Shown here in pieces: positions 51,501 through 64,000 of a stretch of DNA of 64,000 nucleotides. Each line of letters begins with the position of its first letter. Within the stretch, counting starts at the first letter, position 1. The translations under genes were made by a program, and so were the position numbers. Origin of the DNA: Camelus dromedarius (Eukaryota); assembly GCF_036321535.1 (NCBI RefSeq), contig NC_087436.1, positions 109,060,001-109,124,000 of the forward strand, in the 5' to 3' direction. The notes under the pieces were generated by a model. The model did not search any database. It was not told where the DNA came from and was given only the letters and a program-made list of their open reading frames with translations.

Positions 51501-54084
51501 GATTACCCTCATCTTCTCCTGTTTAGCTTCAGTATATTCATACACTCTCAAATGATTCACGGATTTAAAATTAAAAAATAAATAAATAAAACAATGAGAA
51601 TCTGATATTTAAGGTCATGTACAAATTCATGCTCTTGTATTAATTTCCATGTAATAAAAAGACAGATCCTAAAGAGTCATGGATTGATAACAGAAGCAAA
51701 ACAAGCAACTTTCTTTCTGGAACCCTTCCAAATGGTAACTCTATTTTAAAAAGCCGCAGACCAGACATATATAATCGGTAAATTTTGATTTACTTGATGA
51801 GAGATTTGGGCTTAACAAATCCTACACTTTCCGGTACTCTACCCAACGTGGCCTTAAATGTTTCATTAATTAATTTCTTTAAAGATTGCATAAATTATGA
51901 GAATTTAAAATTAATATATATTAAAAGAATGTCTGCTTGACTTTATAATATTTTAATATAAGACATTAAAGTTCTTTTGAAAAAATTCACATTTTAAAAT
52001 TAAATAATTTTAATTCTTTCCCTTTAGCAAACAAACTCTGAACTACCATTAGGTAGCTCTACGAGACCTATATATTAAGGTCCTCAAAAGAGTTCCCAGC
52101 ATTTTGGATTTTCATTTTAATGCCATGAACCACAAAATGTTTATCACTTTTGGCTGTGTTTCATGATAGTGGGTCTTGTCACTTTCTAGGCATTTTGCTA
52201 ACATGACAAAATACATGAGGCGATTGCATTTTCCTGAACTTACTGTTTCTTAAAACAATGATATTAGTTTGTAACAAAAAAAAAAAGCAAACGAATATTA
52301 CTATATTTGTGAGTAAAGTGTTTTCAGTGCCTAGCACAGTGCTTGGCACATCGTGGGTACTCTCTCTCTCTCTTTACATATATATATATATAGACTCTCT
52401 CCCTCTATATGTAAAACACTCAATATATCCTCACTACATATATATTAGTTATTCTATACCTGATAAGTATTTTAAATTCTTTTATGTAATAAAAATGTAG
52501 GGATTTTAATTAATTCAAAACATTCAGGAGGGCTTCCATAAAATGTCTGGTGTCATTCATATTCCTAGTTAGGAACACTGACTTAGCAACAAATTCTTTG
52601 ATTTGATCTTCTCTGTTCAGTTACATACCACCTGAGGTAGTCCCTGCACATTCATGACATTGACTGTGGTTTGACATCAGACCACCATGAAATCACAGTT
52701 GTACCCCAATGATTCTGACTCTGAAATAGCATCAGCGAGCTTCCTATATTAAAAATGGCTCTGGAACACAATGTAAGAAGTGGCCTTATAATTACAACAT
52801 GCATGAGAAGCACTGAATGTTTTTCCTTTAGAATAAGTTAGGTTGTTATCAACAGAAACAAAGGTGGTCTCTTATGTGGTTAGAGAACAGTATACATTCT
52901 CAGAACAATTCATCTCAACCAACATATTCTTACATAATTCTTTAAAAGAAATTAATAACTTAGCAGCACATGACACAGCTAGAAATTCTATTCATTTACT
53001 CGCAATCAAAACCAAAATCACCTAGAAAATAATACTCAAATAAGCCATTCTAGTTGAGACAATCAACTGTTTTCAGAATTACATTCTGCTCTTTAAACTC
53101 AATGTATAAAGCAATGGAATCTCTTGTTTTTCAGGAGGATTTCATGATGTCTGGATAACTTTTAACGAATGGACTAAAAATTTAAAATCACTTCACATTT
53201 AATTCAATTTTGGATTTCTGAACAAATTGAGTCAGCGATGATTTATAGCACAGAAGATAATTTATTGTGGGGAGAAATCGGTAAGTGTACTGAAAAAGTT
53301 AGAAATAGGAATCCTTGGGAAAAATTACAGAAATGTGTAGGCGGCTTAAACGGCTTTAGTGACTCTAGATTTCATTAATTTTATTTTTCACTAAAATTTA
53401 CAATTTCATTAAAATTACTTTTCTAAGTCAAAGGTCTGTAGAGTTTACTCAGTTGTCCCTAACCAATTCTGTCAGCCATGTCTACCCAGCAAGGAAAGAC
53501 AGAGAGTGCCAATTACAGTTAAAATCTGTGTCGTGCTTCACAAAGTCAGTAGTGAAGACTTTAAAATGGACCCAATGGGCAGCTTATTAAAATTAGAAAG
53601 TACTTTTCAAGATAACCTTACAAAGATGATAAGTTATCTAGTTACGATGACATTTTCAAATGAGAAATATCCTTCCATTGTATAGCAACTAAAATATACC
53701 AACGTATCAGCTGCTAAGGTTTATTTTTTGTTGTAATTTCTCCTATACAACTGATGTTACCTTGATATATAGCAACTCGGAATTCTCACGAATCCTGTGT
53801 ATAAGACTATTTTATTATAAGGAGAAATACTTAAAGACAACACATGTGAACATTTGGGTTTCCTCCCTAAATTAGACAATTTGACCCAAGCATACAGATA
53901 AGATACGCAAGGTTTTGCACACACATACATTTCAACTCATCTCTGTACTCGCTGAGTTATTTAAGGTTTGTCTTTAGGAAACCATTTTGACACAAGGTTT
54001 TAAGCTAACAGATAAGCTTCCACATTAGCACTCCCCAGACACAAAGCTCCCGTTAAAAGAGTACGAGAAACACGCCGTACTTAC

Positions 54085-54156
54085 AGCACTTCCAGGTCCC
54101 GGAGAGCCCTAAACGCCCCGTCTTCAATACAGCTGATCTGGTTGTAATCCAGCTGC
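54085..54156 (-). CDS. SLIT2: SLIT2 exon 6 (72 nt, one LRR of D1): [23 protein letters not shown](L)
   Basis: Acceptor tttaacag|G CAG CTG GAT; donor GTG CT|gtaagt; phase 2-2; partly in ORF 54081..54266. Confidence 0.97.
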
Positions 54157-57100
54157 CTGTTAAACAGATTAGAAGAATGTATGTGAAATACTGGACACTG
54201 GCAGGGTGAGGTGAAAGGAAGGGCCCCTGGAGCCCTGGCTGCACCAACTGAAAAGCTCTCACACATACACTCATCCGCTTAAGAATGTCACAAGCCATTC
54301 TGGCTTCAGTGCTGCCACTGAAATCTCTTTTTGTTCTGAACTGTCTGTGCAAATAGCAGCCCCTGGAAAGCTCCAGTAAATAATAACTGCACCTTATATT
54401 AAATGCCATAGGAATGCAATTTCATTACATCAAGAAAAGCTATCCATTAAGAGCTTTCAGCGTCATCTTGCTGAAACAATTTCATTAAGGTAAAGGACTG
54501 TAAATCACTTAATGTCACATGCACCCCCTCAGTGACCTAACAGAATCCATTTATCAGAGAAGCCCAGCTGCATGTTAATTTCACTATCCTTGGCAAGGAA
54601 GAGCAAAACTACTTTTAGGTTTTCTTCTTTTAAAAGCAGTTTTCCTTCAAGAACTCCAAATCAAGAAAGAGAAATGACGTCCCAGCTATCTCCTTGCTGT
54701 TCGCAACCAGGCATACACTTTAGAAAGCTACCAGTCGTTTTACATGAAGCTTCACCACTCCCCTAATTTGCACTGTTAGCATTAAATGCGAATTATCGGC
54801 ACTGCAAACATGACATGCTTTTCAGTTAAGTAACTTCCCAAATTATACCACTCTCCAGAAAATAAGTTTTTAAAATCTTAAGAAATTTTCAATAAGTTTG
54901 CTTTTATCAAAGATGCTAATTTCAGCCCCAAACACTAAGAAACATATATGGCAGCAACTTTGTTAAAATATTACGTGTGTCTGCAATAAAATGTTTAAAA
55001 GCTGTATCAGTTCATTCTAAATAATGCAAAATTCAAATGAATACATCTTTTCCAGCAGTTTAAGTGGTCATTTGCTAGGATTCAATGATTGACAAAAAAA
55101 AAAAAAAAAAAAAAAAACAAAAACGGCTGTTTCAAACTTGTTTGCCTGCCGCTTGTTTTTGGAATTAAAATTTCCTTATTCACATTAAGGAATTTACTTG
55201 GTTGAAATGGACAAGTACTAAATTCCACTGCACTGTCCTTTTTTTTTTTAAAGCAGTTTTTATTTAAATACAGTAGCTTGATGCTTAACGATATTATTAT
55301 TCCAGTAAAGAAAAAGTATTTTAATGCTTCACTTGAGATAGAAACAAAATGTTTGATGAAAGAGGCAGGTGAGCTGTCAGCTCTCCATGCATCGGGAAGG
55401 GGTGCACATGTACAGGGTAAGACAATGATCATAATACAAATGAATCTTGTCCTTGTTTCAAGTTCAAAATTCACGAAAGGGTTCATTCACATTGGAGGTC
55501 TGATCTTAAGGAGCTGTTTAAATTGCCATTTCTCTCATAAGACTTCTGAATAAAGGCGCAATGATTTAATCCAGTGACTTTCAGTGGGGCCTCTTCAAAT
55601 TCCTTACTTTAGAAATTATGTACACAGAGAATGTCTCATGAAATATACATCTCACTTTTACGAAGGTCTCCAGGGGACGCAATCATACAAGAGACTACCT
55701 TGATGCCATGCAAATGGTACAATCTAAGACATGTAACATAAAAAAGGTGAGCCCTGGAGAAGATACAATTTTATTGCTTGTATAAACTAAGGCTTTCCCC
55801 AAATAACAGCTTGAACCCATGCTACTGTAACAGCCGAAAGCATTTCTGCTCATTAGGAAGTATGCAGAAGTATAATTTTATTTTCTAAGAAGACTTTTAA
55901 AGACTCATGATGTAATATGGCTGCTGTAGTTCCAAGAAAACACTTAGATTCTTGAGCACTTTTGATTTTTACAGATTAAATTCATTTAACAATTAAGTTA
56001 ATAGCCTTTTTTATTTTAAAGTGCTAAATATATATCTACACTACTATTCTCTAACCCCCTTAAACAATTTATCAAAGCCATTTAAATTAGCACAATGGCA
56101 TGAAGTGTTACCCTTGACACACTACAAAAGAGAAATTGTTTCCAGACAAATTGGCAAAATCTTTTAATGCTATCAAATTTGCCTAATGCAGTCTCCAGGT
56201 TAATCTGTAAAAGGGTGAGCTGTATGTTTGCCCATATCTTATTATCCTTAGCTGTCAATGTATAAATCAGTGCTGACACAGCTTCTTTTAAATCATGCAT
56301 ACTATACACAAAGGGGAAGCCCTAGCTTGCCAGAAAGCAAGCACTCAAGCAGATCTTATCCTACAAGTACCGAGAGGCAGGTTACTTTCTGTGTACTGCC
56401 CGGAGCTGAGATGCTGCTGGAAACTTCCGTAATTTCACCCTCTTTAACACGGCTCGTGGTTATGTGCTGCTTCTGATTCTGAACAGAAATCTAAGAAAGC
56501 TCTTGTCGGTGCTAAACCATTAAGGCTTTTTGGCTCTCCTAGGACCAAAGTTTTCCCTAAAAGTTTTCTGAATGCCATCATCTCTCAGTTCCAGTACCTT
56601 CTAAGAAGGAAGGTAGTTGTGAAAATTTTACTCATAAGAAAGAACAATGAAAATTAAAGCAAATAGTTTTTTTCAGCCCAGGGTAGATTTTGTCGTCTTC
56701 ACAGGAGTGTTTATGGAAAGGGTTGAACTCGTGTGCCTGCTCATGAGAAAATCTCTCTGCACAAACACCTCCATTTGTCTGCATATGGTTCAAGATAAAC
56801 AGTGTCAAAACGATGCAAAAGTGTAATTTATTTCAGGGTTTCTGGGCAATTTTTCTGCACCTTGTTTCTCTCACGCTGCTCACGTCCCCCTCTGCTACCT
56901 TTCCAAAACCCGGGCACTTCTGCTTTCTGTAAACAGGAAAGGATCTGTTCTCAGCCACAAGTTCAGTGACGTGCTGACCCTAAACAATGTGATTACAAAT
57001 TGTACCACGGAATTATTCTGAATTAAGGAATTAGTAAGAGGAAATACGTTTCACTTCTCCAAAAAGTAATGTGACAACTATTGACCAGACGTAAGTAAAT

Positions 57101-58869
57101 ATGTTGATCTTTGGATGATAAGAACGCTCGGTACATTAGAGAGAGCTTCAGGGTCCTTCATTAGTCCAGGGTGAAGTGAGCAAGCCTTCTTCTTATTTTC
57201 TGGCGAGAAAGAGTGGTACGGACAATACTGTTGGTGGTTTCTTTCAGACTTTAGCCCACACATCTCTGCACAGACTTCTGTGTCTTCTCCTCCTTATTTC
57301 CCACCTTCAGTCCTCCTCCTGTTCTAATACCAAATCCCCCCACCCCCATCTGAGTCTTCACTGTCCTAGTTTGTAAATGTGTGTTTAGAATCAACTGCTT
57401 TATCTTTCATTTCATGAAAATGATGTTGCTATAAAAACAGATTATCTTTAAAGTTTCTCTCAGCATTAACATTCTATGATTCCTTTTGCAGCGGTAACCA
57501 CTCCTCTTCTGATGCTCTAGAATAACTCGAGACTGCCTGTGTTATTTTCTCCTGGCACTGGTAAATTTAGTCTTATACAATGCAGTATGTCTTTATTAAG
57601 AGAGCTCTCACTCACGTAAAATTTCTAAAGCTGATCTGATTTTCTTTAATGCTAAAAATAATTCAGCCTAGTTTCAGATTTTGATTAACTCTCAGTATGA
57701 GAGACAATATATAACGTTGCTAAATATAAACGTAAAAAAAATGACAGCGAAGGTTGAACGTTTGCTTACGTGGCATCCTGAAATATAACTGGAGACACTG
57801 CATTCTGTTACTTTTAAGTTTTTTTGAAATTTCCAGTTTTCATTTTTTAAAAAATTTAGACATCATATTGTTTGAATTTCACACATGAAACTTATCTTCT
57901 TGCATTAACTTTAGTTGGTTCTGTCCCTATCCATAGAAAATTCATATTTCAGTGCAGCTTCCGAGTAATAAGACCTTATTACTAATTGATATTCTTTTTG
58001 TAAGAATTAGAATGCCATAATATATACTTAACTCTGAAACAATACTGAATATTAAAAAAAAACTTTAATAATTTCTAAGCCAGGCAGGGTCTCTCAATGT
58101 CTCAACAAAATTATTATGACTATGTTCCAGTTTTCCAGATTTTCTTGGGTATGAAAAATAGAAGTTTAGTTCATGTTTGTATTACTACTGTAAGATGGCA
58201 AACTCCAAAAATTTAGTTGACTTACAACACAGCAAAGTAATTAGAATCAATACTAGGGAAAAACAACACTTTGCTATTTGAAAAGAAATCTGATAAAACA
58301 TAAATCAAATGGGAGAAAAAGAAAAAAAATACTGGTAAGACTATGGGCAGGGTCTCTTCTGTTTCTTCCCTTGTGTGTACAAAATTCAGGTGAATATCAG
58401 TGTCTAAATATACAAATCTAATGCCAGTAATGATTGTTTAAGAGCCAGTCCAAGATTTAAGTTACATTACATAGAGGGCATAAGAATAATTTTAATTAAT
58501 CCATATAGAAATGAATATCCTAGAAAGAAGTTTCAGCAACCATGTCATTTACCTCGGCATAAAAGCACGTCTATGTCAACCTGGACGTTAGTGAAGAAAA
58601 TAGCCAAGGAAAGGACTATTCTGAGGAGTGCAAAATAATTTACATTATTTGAGAATTTATCCTTTCGCAGTGTTTCAAGAAACATTTTATTTTTCTCATA
58701 GGAATAAAGAATCTCATTTTTTATTGGAACAATTTATAGATAATACCCATTTGATAATTAATTAGGAAAAGGCTAAAGAAAGCTGCAGGTGAGATGGTAA
58801 TAGAGATTGGAGGAAAAACAAAGTTGACTTTCATGTTCTGGTAATCAAGGGAGGTGGAAATTGAAACCG

Positions 58870-59072
58870 GCAATAATAATTGCTAATATTTATTGAATGC
58901 CTAGTAAATGGCAAGGTCTGTAGATATACTCATCTCATTATTCTTCACAATAACTTGAAAAGGTAGGTATTATCATCATTCTGATTATATAGATGAAAAA
59001 GTTTAGGCTCACGGAAGTTCAATAAGTTATTCAAAGCAGGTAGTAAATATTTAGTGAAACCTCGATTCAAAT
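58870..59072 (-). mobile_element. MIR SINE
   Basis: ctcatctcattattcttcacaataac..aggtaggtattatcatcattctgattatatagatgaaaaag..aggctcacggaagttcaataag (MIR core, reverse). Confidence 0.7.
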
Positions 59073-62000
59073 TAAATGTATATATTGCTGAAGCCCTCAC
59101 TAGATACAGAGGTGGCAAGGAAAACAGATTCAGGAGCTATTCATTCTGTGAATGGGATTTCAGCTGAATTTCTAATGGCCAAGTTTCAAGGAAGAGGCCT
59201 ATTGATGAAGAATGTTACAGAATTTCAGAGAAGAGCTACCCTAGGCAGAAATAATGACATGTGAGGGAGGAAAAGAAAACTAAAACCAAAACAAACCCTG
59301 ATCCCTAAAAAAATGGGTAGAATGCAGTAAGACAGAAAATAAAAGCGGGTATTCCCTTTGGAGGGGCCAGGTTCAAAGGACAGTTGTGAGCAGAGGCTCA
59401 CAGTTAATGTCTGCAAGAGAGAGGCAATTTTGATTTGAACAAAGTACTTACGTGCAGATTCAATGGGAGAGGAGGCTGGGAGCCTGCCTGGAAGTCAGAA
59501 TGCTGGGACAAGTCAGTATATAGATACCAGAGACTAGATGTTGCTTTATCAATAAAAGTCACTGCTCTCTCAGGGAAGAGCCTATATTCCTATAGGCCCC
59601 TTAGAACTATGACAATATTCTGCTAAATCCCCAAGGCTTTGCCATAATGCGTTTAACAAAGGGTTTTCGTTTTTGTTTTAATAAACTGAATAATTTTGAA
59701 CCAGGTAGTGATGGGATGAAAAAAAATGCATTATGAAAACAATCTGGCTGCAATGTTAAAATGATCTAATGAGAATATAACCTGGAGATCGAAATTCAAT
59801 CAGCAGGTTATTGTAATTGTTTAGAGGTAGCAAAGTGTGGCTGTCTAGGGTCGGGTAAGCAAGAAAGCTAAAGACCCATTCTGTCTCAAGGACAATGTGG
59901 CAGCCACAGAAATATCTTGCCAATTACTATTTTATACATATGTGAGTTAGAATCCCAACAATCAAATTTTCTTGTGTTTTTTTGTTTTGTTTTTTCTTGT
60001 TCTGGAAAATGTTTATAAAGGTACGTTATACAGATTCACGTTTATATGAGAGAGTGCCGTCACTGAAGAAAAAACGCTAAGGCACCTTGGAGATGAAGCA
60101 AAGCACAAAGTTGGAGAGGTTATTTGTAGCAAATTTGACAACAGTTGTCGGGGATTATCACAATTCAGTGTGCTTTTATAGAGTGAGTTCAAAGTAGGCA
60201 AATTATAGGACCACGGACAGTTCCCATGTTACTGATGGTGTCGCATGCTGAATTCCTGACACATTTTACAACTAAGAACCCAGACAACCATCAGTTGCCG
60301 GTTGTCCCTTTTGTTCACAAGCAGCATTTTGGATGTTAAAAGGACATCTAGCCCTCGTAGTATAAAATTCAATTTCATTTGCTATCTGTCTAAATGAAGA
60401 GCCCCCTACACAGGTTTGCTCATTCAGAAGGTTCTATGTCTCACCAAAGACCTGATTATGGCATTAAACTAACACTGAAGATAGCAGGCTCCTTAAGTGA
60501 GAGACTGAACTCCTCTTCAAAGTCCCTTCAGCCTCAGGCTCACTGAAAACACTCTAGGAATGATCTGGGGGCACTAAAAGTTACAATCTCAATTTGGTAT
60601 CAATGGATTTCATTTTTAGGATAATTATGTAAAAAGTATGCACATAAGTATGACAAGAAATGTAATGTACTAAACAGGAAAAGTAGCTGATCATGTTAGA
60701 CATTTTTTAATTAGGACTTAACTTACAGGATGAAGCTAACATCTTGCATTTGAATGGTAAAATATATAATACACTCATCTGACTATTATATATTGATTCT
60801 ATATTAGGTGAGCAACCTTTGTTCCCTAGCATCATGAAGTATGCAGACGATAGAGGAAAGGAAACCAGTAGAGTGATATTTAAAACCAGAGAAGTGTGAA
60901 ACTTTGCAAAATATATGTCTTTCTGTGTACCTAGTTTAGAACTGTGAATTTTCCTCCTATGGGTTTTAATTGATCCATCAATAAAATAAATCAAAGATGA
61001 CAGAGTTCCAGAAAAAATTAAATTTCTAAATAATAGAAACAGCTGTGTAATAACATATAGATTAACTCTCTCTCGTATTTGCCAAATCTTACAACCAATA
61101 ATCACTGCATCCCAAATTGGGTGATTTGTTTCCTAAAAATCACAGCCATGCATTCTTGTTTCCCAAATGATACCATGACTTACTCAAAGAGAACCAAGCT
61201 AAATCATCTTGTAACTTAAACCCTTGTGTATAAATTAATGTATGTTTAAAAAAGAACAGATTTAAATATTTTCCCTAGCCTATTTTTTTAACCAAAAACA
61301 GGGAGTTTTCTTGGAAAAGGAGAGTGACTCATAACAGATGACAATTTAATGGAATTGGTATAATGCAAGCAAAGGGGAAAATAATGTATTTATGAATGGT
61401 AAACAGTATAGTGTAGAACAAAGAGTACATTTTGAGGATGTACTGCAACACAAAAAAAGAAGAAAAAACAGTATATCTAAAATAATGCTTGTTGGAATTT
61501 AATCATTCTAAGTATTCAGGCTGAACTCACAAAAGAAACTGATGTTAAAGTATATTAGAGTTTGCTTTCATGATGTGAATAACTATTAGCAATCTATTTA
61601 ATTTTTAAGTACATATATTTGTACATTTTGCTTAAATCCTAGGATAGCATGACTAGAAATATTTTCTCATAAAAACAAAAGACTCTGGGAAATTTTCTGT
61701 ACTCATAAAATACATAGAGAATAAGTTTACAAGTCTCAGCAGTAAAGTAAGGTATAATCTGAATATTCTCCTAAATTATTCAATTAAATGGAAATGCCTC
61801 ATAGATACTTGAAAACAAAACAAAACAAAACAACAGTGTAACATGTCTCCATTCAAGAATTGATCAGAGGGAGATAAGGCTTTATAAATCAGTGTTAAGT
61901 ATATTAAATACATATACAAAGTTTATCAAGAAAAATCATATAAACATTGATTATCATTTTGGTGAGGCATCACTGGGTAATGATACGGTATCGATACTTG

Positions 62001-63564
62001 AATTCATACTTGTTTGGAGAGTTTAAAAACACAGATGTAGATCCTATGCAGAAGCGTTGCCAGCGACTATGATAAACAGTATAATTTAGCTGATATTTTA
62101 ACATGATCTTGTTATTCTCAGATCTCACTGTCTAAAATGCCAGGAAAAAGAAAATGGTTTTAAGCTGCAACTGGAGAAAACTGGGTAATAATATAAAGTT
62201 GAAAGGGTTTTAATCCAGTTTGGAAATTAATAGAGGTAAGCAAAAAAGTTACGGGAAGTTCTCTCCGAAGATGTTTAAGAGCAAGATAAATGTCCATCTG
62301 TCTAGGATAGTTTTATTGTGGCTTGCCTGGAGGAAGAGGAATGAGATCTGCTAATTTGCAAAATTTCCACAGCATCAATTTCATGTTGTCAGGATGCTGC
62401 CTTGAGCGTATTTAGCCAATCCACACGATCAAAGCAAGTGCTTCCAGTGAAAATCTGATCACTGGAATTTGCTCTAAATAAGGCCTGAAAATGGGGGTAA
62501 ATCCAATAAACCCAGTACAGTGCACCCAACTGATCTTTTAGACACTGCTTTGCAAAGTATCGGCTTGATGCAACTAAAGTACACATTCCTTCTGAGCAGC
62601 CTTCTTCTTCCTCTTTAACTCTGTGAATGACTCAGAACACTAGCCATCGTGGCACCAGGCCGGGTTGTCCAAGTTATAAACGCACACACTGGAATGACGG
62701 ATAGGACCAAAGCTCCGTGTCTCTCCTTCTCATATTGAATACTAATAATATTATTAATGTCAATATCTATGGACTTTATTTTAAAGTCATTACTTGATGA
62801 CCATTTACCATGTTAATAATAATATGAATTAAAATTTACTCTCAGTTCTAACATATTTTTACCAGGTATCTTTCTTAACTTTTAATGATAAAACTAAACC
62901 TCACACAAAGTCCCAGGCAATTGAACTTTTTTTTTGAATAATGTAGTCTGAACTATTTTTAATTATAGCAAAATGCCTTTTAACTGTAAACTTCTGGCAA
63001 ATTGTAAATATTATCCCATTTAATTAAATGAACTTATAAATGCACCGTGGTGTTTCAGTGTTGTCCTCGTGGCCTTTCATTCTCTGAAATGAAAGGCAGT
63101 AAGATCAGCAGGCTTTGCATTGCTCTTAATAAATTCTTTCTCAATTCACCTTTACCTACCACTACTCACCAACACACGATATAAACCAGCCTTGTAGAGT
63201 CCTTTATATGTTTTCCTTCAGTCTTTCTTTTCTAAAATATTTCCTGGTAACTTCAAGCAATCCTGTTACCTGTTTCTTTCCTCAGTCCCTGTAGCACTGA
63301 ATAACTTGTTTACAAATGAAGGTCTTGTGTATATTCATTTAGTACTTTCTGATGTATTTTCTTGTTGCGTTTTGTAGCTCGGTGTCTAGTTGACCCGGGA
63401 TAAACACGGGTCCAGTGTATCTCTTTCTCAGGCTGCAGATTAGTTCCTGTTTTACTTTCCCGTCTCCTTCCTGTGTGCCCTTTTCAGTGCTAACCTCTAG
63501 CACTTGATTAGTGAATACTAATGAAACAGTAGACTGTATTTCATAGCATTTTACTGTTTTAAAA

Positions 63565-63710
63565 GATTTTTTTCACATTATCTTTCGCTAATAACCACAA
63601 CAAATGCAAGCAGCTACTATATTCATCTTATAAAGGGCTCAGTGAAGTTTAGTGATTCGCCATGTCTATAAATCCAGAAAACAGTGAAAGATTCTGAGAC
63701 CCCAGTTCTA
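63565..63710 (-). mobile_element. MIR SINE remnant
   Basis: tttcacattatc..taataaccac..gggctcagtgaagtttagtgattcgccca..gattctgagacccag. Confidence 0.5.
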
Positions 63711-64000
63711 AACTCATCTCATGGTACACATAATAGTTGCATTTAGATTTGGGGGGAAAATGATGCATGTGGAGAAAAATATTTCAAAATTCCTGCTAAG
63801 TCAACACTGCATTCCTCAAAGTACGCTGGTGAGCATCTCACTTTTCTTTTTCTCTCTAAACTTTTAAAATCACATTTTTTAGAGAATAAATAAAGAGGAA
63901 TTAAGGAAGAATCCCACCATGACCGGTATCTCACTCCCAAATGCATCCTTAAATATGGGAGAAGGATTACTTATAGACTTGGGTTCCCTAAATATCTTCA

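Larger units (their letters stand above)
1..64000 (-). other. SLIT2: SLIT2 gene body (internal part, from the intron before exon 6 to the intron after exon 18); neither gene end is in the window
   Basis: Spliced exons translate without a break as [15 protein letters not shown]...[10 protein letters not shown], matching my recollection of mammalian Slit2. The miR-218-1 hairpin and the AKEQYFIP exon support SLIT2 over SLIT1/SLIT3. Confidence 0.98.

Noticed and set aside
63392..63412. GACCCG...CGGGTC small hairpin
   Set aside because: A 6-bp stem is expected by chance in 64 kb.
54157..64000. Search for SLIT2 exon 5 (DLSENQIQAIPRKAF...)
   Set aside because: Not found; it presumably lies beyond the right edge.
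1..64000. CRISPR arrays, operons or other prokaryotic-type systems
   Set aside because: The sequence is a mammalian intron-exon locus; no regularly spaced repeat-spacer array or dense ORFs were seen.

Overview
Mammalian genomic DNA, most likely a camelid (judged from one tRNA-derived Vic-1-type SINE at 29520-29639). The whole window lies inside SLIT2, on the minus strand. I traced 13 canonical coding exons (human-equivalent exons 6-18, numbering from memory) with GT-AG borders and consistent phases. They cover the end of LRR domain D1, all of Robo-binding D2 and the start of D3. A 12-nt microexon (DEEE) at 44543-44554, invisible to the ORF track, has a GC donor and two upstream ACTAAC motifs. 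The 24-nt exon 15 (AKEQYFIP) is followed by QKI- and RBFOX-type motifs. The intronic miR-218-1 hairpin lies at 8009-8118. The rest is AT-rich intron with L1, L2, MIR and MaLR remnants and several candidate enhancers. An approximately 1 kb GC-rich patch (about 1225-2170) appears to be old repeats shifted toward GC, a possible gBGC footprint. I found no evidence of a wholly new gene system; the best leads are the microexon regulatory architecture, the candidate internal promoter near exon 6 and the GC-shifted tract. Repeat boundaries are approximate.
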